Positions 1 to 12,193 of a DNA stretch of 64,000 bases are shown piece by piece (position 1 is the stretch's first letter; each line of letters starts with the position of its first letter). Location: assembly GCA_050084515.1 (NCBI GenBank), contig CM114271.1:34844001-34908000 (forward strand). Direction: 5' to 3'. Position numbers and translations under genes: made by a program. The stretch is from Blasia pusilla (lineage: Eukaryota). The notes below the pieces were generated by a model, which was not told where the DNA came from, ran no database searches, and saw only the letters and a program-made list of their open reading frames with translations.

Positions 1-2719
1 CGTTCGGAAGACACGAAAGCCTAGACTAGGCTTGCTTGTCTGCAGAAAGTTTGTACATTAGTTAGTCAACATCTAGATGATATTTCGATTACTTGTTATG
101 TCCGCAGTATCTGCAGATCTAGACGATGAGCACATACAAGGTCTGTACTTATAGGCAGAGATCTAGATCTGATACTAGATGACAGGTACATGTAAGATTC
201 CTCTTGAATCAAATGAAGACTAATCGAGGCCCGTCTCGATCATACCGACGTTTCTGCAATCACAGTCAACCAGTTCCTGCCAACCACATCTATGTGTACA
301 TCTATACCGCGTGAATGGATGATTCTTACCTTGGACATGGGAGTGACTCCCGAGTCCATATTCGAATGATCCTTGGGCCCTGGAATTTTGGCTGAAATGA
401 AATTATGAGCCTGCAATAGGCGTAGCTTGAGTCTAGCTCCTCGGAACCCCGTGATGTCCAGCTCTGGTAACGACTGCAAAGTACATGACCACGTCCTTGT
501 CAGTAACGAGTACTCTCCAAGTAACGTTCTGGTTTCCTAGAGATCCAACTTGGTCGAAGACGTTGGACCCGATCAATCGATCGAGTCCATGTCGACCAAC
601 ACGTTTATTACCGGAGGCGATCTAGATTCTAGGTTGACCAAAACAACTATTAGACTACTATAATTTGGAAGGAACGGAAGTAGAGTAGCTGTGGCTTCAG
701 TCGTGGGTGGAATGTTCTTCCTGAAATCCTCCCCCCCCCCACTCGCCTTCAGTGCTTCAAAACAGGTACTATAAAAGATCATGAGGAATTTCTCAAATAC
801 GTCTCACCCTATGGATGCTTTCAATTAAGTAGGTAGCTAGTGCTACTTCACTTTGTAGGCCTGCAGAGTATGTAGAGGGCTAGTACGTTTGACACATGGT
901 ATAAGTTCGGAAACACTTGCGAAGGATCTGCATCATAAATAACGAGGCTACCGTGCCTGGTCTGACATTTCCACATGCCTGCGGTCAAAGTCTCAAAAAT
1001 CGATTTCCCTCGTCAGACAGTTGCGAAGAGAAATGAAAGAATTACCTGGAGGGCCACAGGTGAGCGCACTAGCGCTAAAGATCTGATCCAACTCTCGAGA
1101 GCGGTGTTGTTCCAAGGCTCAACTCAGGCACATTTGCACTACTAGCTTCGCGCTTGAACTCCCCCGCGTAAATACCCCGCTGCCTTACGATATCTTCCCC
1201 AAAGGGGTCCTCACAGACCTGCTACCTCAGAATTTTCCCGCATCAGATCCTTCGCCAACATCTGCTTCAAGACATCCATGCCATGAAGGCCTAAGACTGA
1301 CCTGCCGTCCCCCAGCAAGACGTATACTTCGCCCGGCCGGCCCACGGCAACCTAAGCTGAACACGGATCCTCCGATCTGCATTGACCTGCAGTCGCTTGC
1401 ATGGCAGTTACAAGCCAGTGCGGCCTTTCTTAAGTAGCCTCCAGAGATGCTGCAATCTTTCCTGCCGATGGATATCCGCGGTCTAGATCTCGACGAGTAA
1501 AAGCAGCGGGGAGCAAAATGCTTAAATGGCAGAGCATGGGAGATCTAGAATTTATCTCGAGATCAAAACTCCCCGAACTTGCTTGCGAGATCTTGATCTC
1601 AGATTTTGTCCGGGCTCATACGCTGAACAGCTGTCCGCCTGCTACAGGCGACTGTGGAGTGGGCCCCGCTCCCGTTTGACTGGCTTGCAGCATTACAGTG
1701 ATCTACCTGATGTAGACCACATTTCGGGGTCAACATAAACTAATGAAATGTCTGCAGTGGCAGATCTGCGCTCGCTGTTCAAGAGATTTGGCGGAGCGCA
1801 TATTTCCTATGATGCGGAGTTGAGACAATTGTCTCAACTCCGCATCGTCTCGCGCATGCCCAGCATCTTCAGCCCATCGTGCTGGAGCCGGATCTCGGAG
1901 CGCAACCATGACCAGTTTTCTTCAATTCTTTTACCCAGGGCAGCTTCGAAAGGAGGACCGGTGCGACCACGAAGCCGATCACCAGCCCTTCTGTTGCGCC
2001 GCCACACACTTCCCGGGCCGGCTGGGTGACCCGGCCAAGCGACGAGGGTGACCGCTAGCGACAGTCGAAAGCATACTCAGCGCCCGCGCACGTCCCACGC
2101 GCCATATTCATATGGAAATGACGTGACAACGTTAATTCCGTATATATACCCTAAATATACCGGTATATCCTTCAGGATATTGTTTATTCCCGGAATTCGT
2201 ATAGGCCGTTGACTGGTGCCAGATGCCACGTTGCGCTGCTTGCGCGAGGGTCGCTACGTCATTGTATCCTTACGCAATACGTTGGTGTTTTTTAGCACAA
2301 GGTGAAATTAGGGTTGCAGTTTGGCTACTGCACCTGAAATTCGTCGGACAAACAAGGGAAGAGGAGCAGCATTGGGCATGTTTCGGGGGAGCGTACAGAC
2401 AGCGATCGATTGATCTTACAAGGTGTAATGCAGCTGTGTTGGCACGGGACGTACGGCAAGGATGCGACTCTGAGGTTTGATAATCTTTATAATGATCTCA
2501 TTTTGAGTTTCGGAACTCCCACTCTGGCTTTGTGAGGTTGCCGAGAATTGAGGGATTCGCTGAGCAATTCGTTGTGTTCGATTTCATCTTTGAGAGTTCG
2601 TGATGGTGAAGAGGTGGTTCATGAGCTTTTTAACCCCAAGGTCGATTGTGTCTTCAGCGGCCGACTGTGGTAGAGAGTTGTCCCGGGTTCAGGGCTGGCA
2701 GCCACCGGTTGGAAGATAG

Positions 2720-5700
2720 ATGACCATGACGAAGCAGTGGAGAAGCCTGGTGACGTTGTATTCTGCCCTTCAGGTTTTATCTAAAGACTTGAATGCCGCG
2801 CTTACCATGGAGTACTTGGAATGTTGAAAGAATTTTTCGAGGATCTACCGAGACGACTCATATACTATCAGCCTAACCTGAAAGTTGTATGCAGAAAGGC
2901 GCCATATGGAGCACGGCACGAAATTTTGCTAGTGTTCCATCCGGAAAAGCAGGGGAGAGGATCAGAAGTCCGCTGAGTAGGCTGGCTGTTGAAGGAGTTG
3001 AGAGCATTGTCGCCGTAGCTTCTGGAAAGGGTGGAGTTGGAAAATCGACTACTGCAGGTTTGCACTTCCTGGATTGCAAACATATTCTTACATCGTGTCC
3101 TGAACCGTGCGGGTAATGTTGTCTCCGACGGTCATTGTTTATCATGTATTTTCCCAGGCTACCACATTTTCTGTTAGGGTTTCACTCGCTGAGTTATCTT
3201 GGGTCTGGCATGTTATTCTGGATGGATTGATTGCATTTGCTTGATCCATTCGCAGAATAAATGGCAATCTGCGAGTCGCCCTGGTTAGTGCCGGTCACAA
3301 ATTGTAGATAGAACGAAAGTAGCAACATGTTATCAACTCTTATTTTGGACTGACACGCAAGAGTGTTGCAACACTAGTGAATCTGGCGGTGGCTTTGGCA
3401 TTGGAGTGTAAGCTCAGGGTGGGTCTGCTAGATGCGGATGTGTATGGGCCTTCAATTCCAACTCTCATGAAGCTTCAGGGCCGTCCTCAGTTGAATTCAG
3501 GTCAACTTCCTTGAATTTGTTACACTCTTGGTCTGAACAAGATTCTAGTCTGCATTTGGTTGCAAATACTTATCGTCCCAAGCTTAATATGTCACTTTTC
3601 CTTCAATCCAGAGTCCAAAATGCTTCCTCTGGAAAATTTTGGAGTGCGGTGCATGTCAATGGGGTTTTTAATGGAGAAGGACGCTCCAGCGGTGTGGAGA
3701 GGGCCCATGGTAGGAAAATTATTTTACTTTACCTTCTCTCTTTACTGTTGTCTGCTTTTTAATTGGGCTTTCTAGCTGTTTTCACTCATCGTAAGAAAGA
3801 TCATGGTGTTGTTCTTCGTAAGGCTCTAATTCACCTCTTCATTCATGCCTGTTTATCTCAACAACTCAGTATGTTGATACTGAATTGGACTTGCATCCGC
3901 TGATGGACACGTAGCACAATTGTAGTCCTCCAGGAGTTTATTGCGCTGTTTTGGGGATTTCTGGTTTTCCCTTAACTTTTTGAAAGCTAGGGTTTAGGTT
4001 TCTCGGTTCTCATCCCAGTTCCCCAGAATCATGCCATTAATTAAATAATTTCAGATTGGATCTTCTTCTGAATCGACTTTCTTGAGTCATTTGTTCAGCT
4101 TTAGTAAGCTTTTTTTCAAGAAAGTCTAGAGAGATCAGCCTTTCAACTAGTGGGGCACCACTCTCCTAATGATTGAGATTTTGTCTTGGCATTTCTCGTG
4201 TCCAAATCCGTAAGTTCTCCACCTTACATTATGCGTGTTGAAATCCCTCCTTGAATATTTTGTAAATCTTGTTCGACAATTTGGTCTTCATAAATTAGAG
4301 GTCTAAATTTATCATAATAGAGAAAGTCACTGTTGACACATTCCTTACTTCGTGGTGGAGCTACTTTTGTGATGAGTTTCCATTTCAGTGGGGAACTGGC
4401 ATTGCAGGTGATGAGTGCGTTGGAGAAGTTAATGAGAGGAACTGAATGGGGTAAAATAGATGTCATGGTTGTCGACATGCCTCCAGGGACAGGTGATGCC
4501 CAAATATCCATATCTCAGCGGCTTCCTCTTGCAGGTAATCTTTTGTAATTATCTGTGACCTGTATTACTGGAGATGTTATGCACTTGAAAACTGTGACCC
4601 TAGTTATGGAGTATTTAGAAACGTCGTACATGTCTGAGGCTTCAAATGCAATGACTGATTGTTCCTGTTCGGCTGTTGGCATCGAGTTTCCACGTGCAGG
4701 AGCCGTGATTGTATCAACACCTCAAGACCTTGCTCTTGTCGATGCCCGGAGAGGGGTAACAATGTTTCAAAAAGTGGACGTTCCTGTACGTTCTCTCTCT
4801 GACCTATCTAGATATTGGGAATTTTTTATGTCAATTCCCTGGGTCTATTCCCCAATCCAGGGCACAGTAGATGTGATGGTTCAAGACTGTATGAGCAGAA
4901 GAACGAAATCAATGCAGACCCCTGTGTGTGTATGATGCAGCCCAAGGTTTTCACACTATGTTGGTGTGGAAATGCAAAATCAGTCAGGTCTGATCCTTCT
5001 GATTTAAGTAAAAGCCCCATGATAAGAAGTCGACGGTTATTGCCCTTGGTTATGGTAGAGGACAAATGCTAAGGAACCACCCGTGTACATTTTCCATGAA
5101 TTTAGACAGGTATATAAATTTCTGTATATCCTCGTTAGGAGCTCGAATTTGTACTGTCACTACAGGTCTTAGTGGTTGTTACATCTCATCCAGTGCAGTT
5201 GAGTTAATTGATGCTGAAAATCCAAGTTCCAGGACTCAGACTGATATGGAGTATTAGCATTAGTCAATTCTGAGACCAAAAACATCTGTTAAATCATAAG
5301 TTATGGCTGGGCTCTTTTTACTGTTCTGTGGCATCCGTAGAGGTAGTTGAGTTCAACCTAACCTCTCCTGTGAAGTCTCGATCTTATCCAATATTATTCT
5401 GCTCACCATATGAGAATGAAGGAAATTATATGGACAAGAGGTCCGTGTTAGTATGATGATCCTCAGGTTATGGAACTGCAGATTCTGGGACTTATTGAGA
5501 ATATGAGCTATTTCTGTTGTCCCAAATGTGGAGAAAGATCAAATATTTTTGGTCATGGAGGTGCTCATTTGACATCAAAAGAGATGGACATGGAGTTTCT
5601 GGGAGAGGTATTTGCTAATTTCCATATGAATTAATCCTGAAGTAAGCCACCTCAAATTTCTTTTTCAAGTGATGTAGATTTTTGAAATTGTTCTGACTAG

Positions 5701-5902
5701 TGCACTTTGGTGACTCTCATTGCAGGTGCCATTGAATATTGCTATTAGAGAGACTTCAGATTCGGGTACACCAATTGTGTCATCATCACCTAATAGTGAG
5801 ATAGCTAGTGTTTACAAGGCTATAGCAAGACGCATTCAATGTAAATTAGTAGAGGGCTTATCGTCTGATAGGACATTGGGACCTCATATCGTCATCAAGT
5901 GA
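2720..5902 (+). CDS. INDH: Mitochondrial Fe-S cluster assembly P-loop NTPase (Ind1/NUBPL, Mrp/NBP35 family), 8 exons: 2720-2773, 2895-3057, 3378-3500, 3612-3709, 4408-4534, 4700-4785, 5482-5607, 5726-5902
   Basis: Spliced translation gives [67 protein letters not shown] and [12 protein letters not shown]. All introns are GT-AG with consistent phases. The N-terminus is basic/hydroxylated, like a presequence. The start codon (2720 or 2726) is inferred. Confidence 0.93.
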
Positions 5903-8900
5903 GCATTATTGAACTGTGAGCTGTTGCCCAAGAAGCATGGTGGTCTCTGTTCACATCATGACTCGGCGATGGCGCGAGAGTGCCTGCTGGGATCTATCCT
6001 TTTCCCTTTGGTCTTCATGTCAGGTTACTAACCCAAAATTTATGAGCCAGTTTTGTCGCAACTGGTGTCTTGTTACGCCCAGTCCAATTTGCAGCTATCC
6101 ATGGGTTGAGGGTTACAGTAAACTATGGCGGCATTTGCAAACTTGGATTATTTTTGAGGATTTCACTGAATTGTCGACATGCTTTAGAAGGCCTTCTAAG
6201 AATGCCTTTACCATCTGGTTTGTATGAAGATATAATCACACTTGTGACCTTGGCATTGTCCTGAATGGTCTTCGAGCAACTGCGCACAGTCTTAACTGCT
6301 TTTTAGGAAATTTGATGAGCATGGAATTTTCTAGGAGCATATACAGTCTGGAACCTGAAATCTCCATGTAAGCAACTCTAAGGACCCTACATGATACCCA
6401 AGTGAATTAAGATCAAGTTGACAAGGGCGTCATTGATACAAAGCTTACACTGCCCACACCAACCATAGTGGAGCCTTCACACGGATGGAACTCCATGAGA
6501 GCCAAGAATGAGGTGTCTGAGTGAATAACATGTAGATGACCCATGGAAAGAAACTTTGCATGTGATTTATTGTGAAGGATCTTATCATGTCGCGGTACCG
6601 TAGGTATGGTAGAAAGAAGGGAATTCTCAATCCATGATTAGTCCGTGCCAGTAACTTTTGGTAGTATAGGATTTATGGTATGGATCTATGTTGCACATAT
6701 GCATATAAGAAACATTTCCTTGAAGGACCTAATCTCCTCTAATGTAAGAGGAGGTTAGGTCCCCAATCTCCTTGATCTTGTCAATCTAGATGTGTATAAA
6801 CGCAACGATGGAAAATATTTATGGTCACTAAAGGATAAGAAGTAAATTCTACCACGTGCCTAATTTAATGAAGTGTTAAATTGAGATGCAAAAACTTAAG
6901 GAATAAAAAAGAATCTGCCCTCGCTGGTGCACAGCACGGCAACGAACGATTGTTTAAAGGAGAGATGTTCTCAAAATGATGAGGCCAATAATAAAATTTT
7001 AGACATAAGAAACTCAAAATTGCTAAACTCTTTCAAATCGAACAAAATTCAGAAATGGCGTGCTTTTATGCACACAAGGACACACTCATTTGTAAATTTT
7101 TTAAAGAGCCATCCAAGAGAAGCCCACAGGAGAAAACAAATCTGAACATATCCGGATTGGTGCCCAAACCTTGGTAATGAGCTTCAATTGCGAGGTTCAT
7201 CGCTCGTTCGTACCATTTGTTCATCCAATTCAGTCAAGACCTGATTGTCCAGGTCGGCCGCGGCTGTGCCTCGTTTCAACGTTTGCGTGACCTCATGGTG
7301 AGTTGTGCCTCTGCTGTTTAGCTCTTAGAAACCAAAGCTAGAGAGACCTTTCAAAATATTCCTGTCTTCGACTATCTTCAGGACGTATTTGGGGACTCAA
7401 TGCTTCCGACGGATCCAATCGTGAACTGTGTCCAGTCCATTTCACAAGTTTTGAATCCTTCCCAGTTTTGCAAGTTCAGAGTCGCTTCTGCCGGTTACCT
7501 TCGGTTTCCGGCGTACTGCTCTCCTCATTCGGTTATTTGGCAAGTTTACCTTCTCAAGTTTCCCTACCATCGAAATCAATTATGGCGCAATCGTTGGAAT
7601 CGTATCGATTGAATGGCAGGTGCATTTGCACTGAATTATAAGCAGAATAACCAGTCCGGTTTACAGGAGAGGAGAGCCACAGCAGCACTACAACAATATC
7701 CCACAAATTGCTCTAAATTGTGAGGTTTCCATCCGTTCTCTCCCATGGAGTAACCTAATCGAAGGAGAGACCCTTGCCAATGGGTCGCATGCGTGGAGGT
7801 ACGTTGAAACTTTTGAATCACACGATCAGGATGGTGTGATTCACGAGAAGTTCCCCTCTCGCCGTCTTCTGTTTTCTTCCATTCGGTAATTTCACTTCGT
7901 TTTCCATTTCACCTTTCATTTTCGTTAGGCTGCGCCACACGTCCCTCGGAAAGCAAACCCCGCCTAGTCGTACCAGGTCATAGAGTTCGTGACGAAAGTG
8001 CTTGACGCCAGCTGCAGCAGTTGCATCAGACATAAGGTAGCCCTGGCACTATGTTTCTCTAGGCTCTCTCTTGTTTAACAACCCTTTGGCGTGGGAGATT
8101 GCACTAGCACCAAGTGCTCTTAGTCTGAGCAGATTTTGATTCACCTGGCGAGCGAGGAACAATCTGGAACTCGGGGCCAGTCATCTCCTGTCCATTGAGG
8201 GGCGTTTTAGTCGTCGGTTTGGAGGGTGCGCTTGCGAAGTTGAGATGATCAGTTGTTTCGATTTGTGCAGTGGAGGAGGAGCATAATGATTCGCTGGGAG
8301 TCCAGAACGTAGGGATCAGGCGTCCATTGTCGCTTGTCTCTTCCCCGGGAGGTGCCGCTGCGGAGGAGATGAGGAGCTGTGAGGAGTCGTGCAGAGAACG
8401 ACGAGCAGGAGTGACAAGGATCTTCGTTTCGTTTCTACTCCTGTGTAATGCGGCAGCCGCACCGCACTGCAGTTTCCCGGTGAGGATCCAACCTTTCATT
8501 TGATGGCTGCCTGATGGATCAATGACATTTTGGAGGTAGATGAATTGCATTCGCGAGAGACCGGGATCTGTTGGTTCATCCACAGCTTGCGAACATGGAA
8601 TTGAGGAAGGACAGTGAGAGAATTTTAGGTCACTTATTATTGTGTGACGGTGTCAATATCCCGCGTCTGGGTTTAAATTAGAGAGGCAAGATACACAACA
8701 CTTACAAAACCTGATCTCTAGCAACTCTCACACGACTACCATTTCCAACTACTTCTCTCAATCCGCACTCCACACTTTTCTTCTTTACGCTGCACCTAAC
8801 TAGTCCCTCACGCAAGAGGTCGTACTGCTGAGGCGCCTCCCTCGTCCGTCTAGAGATCTTCATACCTTTCTCCTCTCTCACGACTGTATCATCTACATCG

Positions 8901-9066
8901 CTGTCTGCACGAGGCTTTTGAAGAGCTAACTATACAAGTTGGTCGCCTCCAGCAGCAGCCCTGCAGCGATGAGCTTCACTAAACCTGTGGGTAGATTTGT
9001 ACAACTGGGTAGATATGCAAACAATCCAACGTGAGATACTTTTTTACAAATGGCGGAATATTTCGG

Positions 9067-10017
9067 TCAAGCCGAGGGGGATTCTGTGCCGTCATGAAGC
9101 GCACAGCAGACAGTGGCCTTGTTGTGTCCTTCATAAGTCCGGATGGCATCGCCAGTGGACAACTCCCACAGCTTCGCAGTCCAGTCGGAAGATGCTGACA
9201 CTAAGAACGCACCATCGACCGAAAACACACAATCCCACACCCATTTCCTGTGACCCTTGAGCGTCCGCTCCAGGGTGAATCCATCCACCTTCCAAATCTT
9301 CAGCGTATGATCGGAACTGCAGGTCGCGAGGTACCTATTGGGTTCACAAAATTCTGGTGACAGGAGACATTTGAGAATGTAGGACTTGTGCGCTTGGAGC
9401 TTGTGGAGCGGCTCGAAGTTGGTCATCATCTGGCTGCCCCTCAGCAGACGCCAGACATAGCAGGTGCCCAGGTTGTTCGCTGCCACGACCAAGCTGCCAT
9501 CCCACATGACAGTGAGAGACCGGATGGGAGTGTCCACCTCCGGTACGAGCTCACAGCTGCACGAATTAGCAGTGAGATCCCACACTCGAATGTTCCCATT
9601 CTGGTCTCCCGATATGAGCTCTGTTTGATTAGGATGCAGCACCACGGTGTTGACAGCTCCCCTGCTCTCGTACTCGCGTTGGCATCCGGGGGCGCGAAGG
9701 TCCCATATCTTCACGGTTCCGTCCTCAGAGCCTGAGTACATCCACTTGCCATCGCACTGGAACCCCACAGCGGTGACATTACCGGTGTGGGTGTCGTAAT
9801 TGAGCACCGGCTGCGGCTGGTTGGAGTTGATTTCGTACAGGCGGATGTGAGGATTGCCCGCGGCTGCCAAATACTGCTTGTCGGGAGTAATCTCTAGCCT
9901 GTTCACCTGCGAGTCCGTGTATTGCAGCGTGCGGTAGCACCGACCACTCGTCGCCTCCCAAAATCTAATTGTGTGATCGTACCCGGCTGTGGCTAGTACC
10001 ACCGATGGGTGCGGCAT
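9067..10017 (-). CDS. LST8: TOR complex subunit LST8 (WD40 repeat), single exon, 316 aa
   Basis: Uninterrupted ORF reading [22 protein letters not shown]...[32 protein letters not shown]...[23 protein letters not shown], which is characteristic of LST8. ATG is at 10015-10017. The upstream extension in the ORF track runs through a (GA)n microsatellite. Confidence 0.95.
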   Translation of the reverse strand: MPHPSVVLATAGYDHTIRFWEATSGRCYRTLQYTDSQVNRLEITPDKQYLAAAGNPHIRLYEINSNQPQPVLNYDTHTGNVTAVGFQCDGKWMYSGSEDGTVKIWDLRAPGCQREYESRGAVNTVVLHPNQTELISGDQNGNIRVWDLTANSCSCELVPEVDTPIRSLTVMWDGSLVVAANNLGTCYVWRLLRGSQMMTNFEPLHKLQAHKSYILKCLLSPEFCEPNRYLATCSSDHTLKIWKVDGFTLERTLKGHRKWVWDCVFSVDGAFLVSASSDWTAKLWELSTGDAIRTYEGHNKATVCCALHDGTESPSA

Positions 10018-10022
10018 TGGGC

Positions 10023-10048
10023 CTCTCTCTCTCTCTCTCTCTCTCTCC
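10023..10048. repeat. (CT)n/(GA)n microsatellite in the LST8 5' leader
   Basis: Run ctctctctctctctctctctctctc immediately upstream of the LST8 ATG. Confidence 0.9.
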
Positions 10049-12193
10049 AAAAGGAAAGCTCGCCTAATGACCTCTCTCTTCCTGTTCTCTGCCACCAAAC
10101 CCACGATCCCGTCCCCCCACTACTTTAGGGTTTCCGACAAGCGGGATTTGACGACAGTAGCGAGCTACTCTTCACGCATTTTCTCGTCTCACGGATTCGT
10201 GCCCTGTCCTAGCGAGCGTCCCAGGGAGCGGGCCTCCACAGCACGAACGGACAGATGGCGGGATTGCGTGGTGTAGCTCTACGCAATTAGCCAATGACTC
10301 CTGTCGAAATCACAAACATTCTTCTCCCGTCGCGCTCGAGAGAGAGTCGCAGCGTTGTCGTCGACTGGTGGATAAGCCGAGGAACGCAATCAATCTCGAT
10401 TGAGATTGACTGCGAGAGGGGGAGACAACGAGAGAAAGATAACGAAAGAACTGATCGCCAGACCGGCTATATGCCCGCTGAACGGACGAGCCGAATTCGT
10501 GTTTCTCTTCCTGTGCTCTCCCACGCATCCCAAACCGCATCTGTTGCGAGAGCCCCAGAAAGATCGAAGCCCTTCTCTCTCAACCAGACCCACTCGACCA
10601 AACCAACTCCCCCTCAACTCTGGGCGGCCCCGCAGTTCCTAATCCCTCAGACCGGGATCTCTCGCACTCCTCCACATCGAGCGTCGTCTCGTCTAGGACG
10701 TCAGTCGTCTCCACCTCCCGCCAAAACCCGCCCCAAGTTATGCACAGCGCTGCATACATTGCCTCCCAAGATTGCCACCACCCCGACACCCTCTCTGTGC
10801 TGGATGCGCTGACTTTAGGGGGGACAACAAGGGCCGGATGGGAGTTTGGTCGGAGAAGACAGCCGCGGGAGAGAGGAAGGGCATCTTGTTAGTACATGCA
10901 CAATATCTAGGAGATTTGGCGTGTGGAGCCGCCGAGGAACACAACGTGGTTAACCACGATTTCTTTCTAAATCCCGGTTAGTACCTCGGTTGCGGACTCA
11001 GCAACCAATGCTCCGGATTATGGACTCTGTTTAAATTAATTATTCATTTTTTTAGTGATAATATCCATTTTAGTATAAAAGTTCTTAGATTGAAATTGAA
11101 TATTGATTTAAAATATTATATAAATATTGAAGTATATGAAATTTTTCTTGATATCTACATCCACTTGTCATGCATTCTATTCCAAATATTCCAAGTTTTG
11201 AGTAATGGAAGTTCCTGCCTATTCATATAAATTAGCCAGTGCTTGGGATCGGTCTAGTTGTGTGCAAGAAAAAAAAAAATTTAACTCAAAGTCGCTCGTC
11301 CTGTTGTGTGAAAAAAAATTAAGAAACTTTCGAAGAATTGTTTTTAGTCATTGCAAATGAAGAAATGATTCTCCTATAATAATATAATAAGCTAAATTTT
11401 TTCATGAATATAAAATTCAAATGTTCATTTGTATCCAGGGTGGTTTTAAGGTGAATACCTATTAAATTTGTGGTCTGATAAATATCATTTTATTTTTGAA
11501 ATAATCAATAGTTTTAAATTGAAAAGGTTTTAACTTTCTCTAAAATGAAAATAAAATGCATAATCTTCTTTTTTAGGATTAGTCCAAGTCCATAGATGTT
11601 ACTTTTTTATTCTTCTTTAACTCAATTCCCTCTCTTTAACTCAATTCCCTCCCTCAAAATGCACGTCTTAATCATAGGAGCCCCTTAGAGGAAAGTGCCG
11701 ACCTTATTTAATCTAGAGATAGAATATTTTTATATTTTTTAATCTAATGAAAAGTATATTTTTATATAAAATAAAATAGATTTTATCTCTAGATTAGATA
11801 ACCCCAATCTCTCAATTATGATACAGAAAGTACCGTAACGTTGCCCAGAGTACCATAAATAGTCCGAAAGGAGGATTTTGTACAGCGGTTTGAACTGATA
11901 GTAATGTGCACTGCATTACGTACTCTCTTTGTTATGTCTTCCTTCCTTCCAAGTCTTAGTTTCAAATAATATATTACAATTTTTAAGCCTTTCTTTGTTC
12001 AAGTCTTCAGCGGCCAGCTCCTTTCCTTATACAAGAGCACGAAATGGTTCTCTTAAACATAGCGAGAAGAGGGGACGGAGCGGATCGGCCCCTAACTTTG
12101 AGGGCACCTTCCCATGCGTCTCTGGGCACGGCCAGCAACAGCAAACAAGATCTATGTGTTTCAATCTAAATCTGACGAGCATGATGCTGATTG

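Noticed and set aside
6725-6790. 16-bp hairpin followed by CTAG as a Helitron 3' end
   Set aside because: The spacing and the following base do not fit well, there is no 5' TC end or RepHel remnant, and there is no second copy in the window.
7100-8600. Short ORFs (60-159 aa) between INDH and LST8 as an additional gene
   Set aside because: No recognisable motifs or consistent exon chain. The region is more likely UTR or intergenic.
10018-10104. N-terminal extension of LST8 (MGLVAENRK...ERERER)
   Set aside because: It starts at a non-ATG codon and runs through a GA microsatellite. Recognisable LST8 sequence begins at [10 protein letters not shown].
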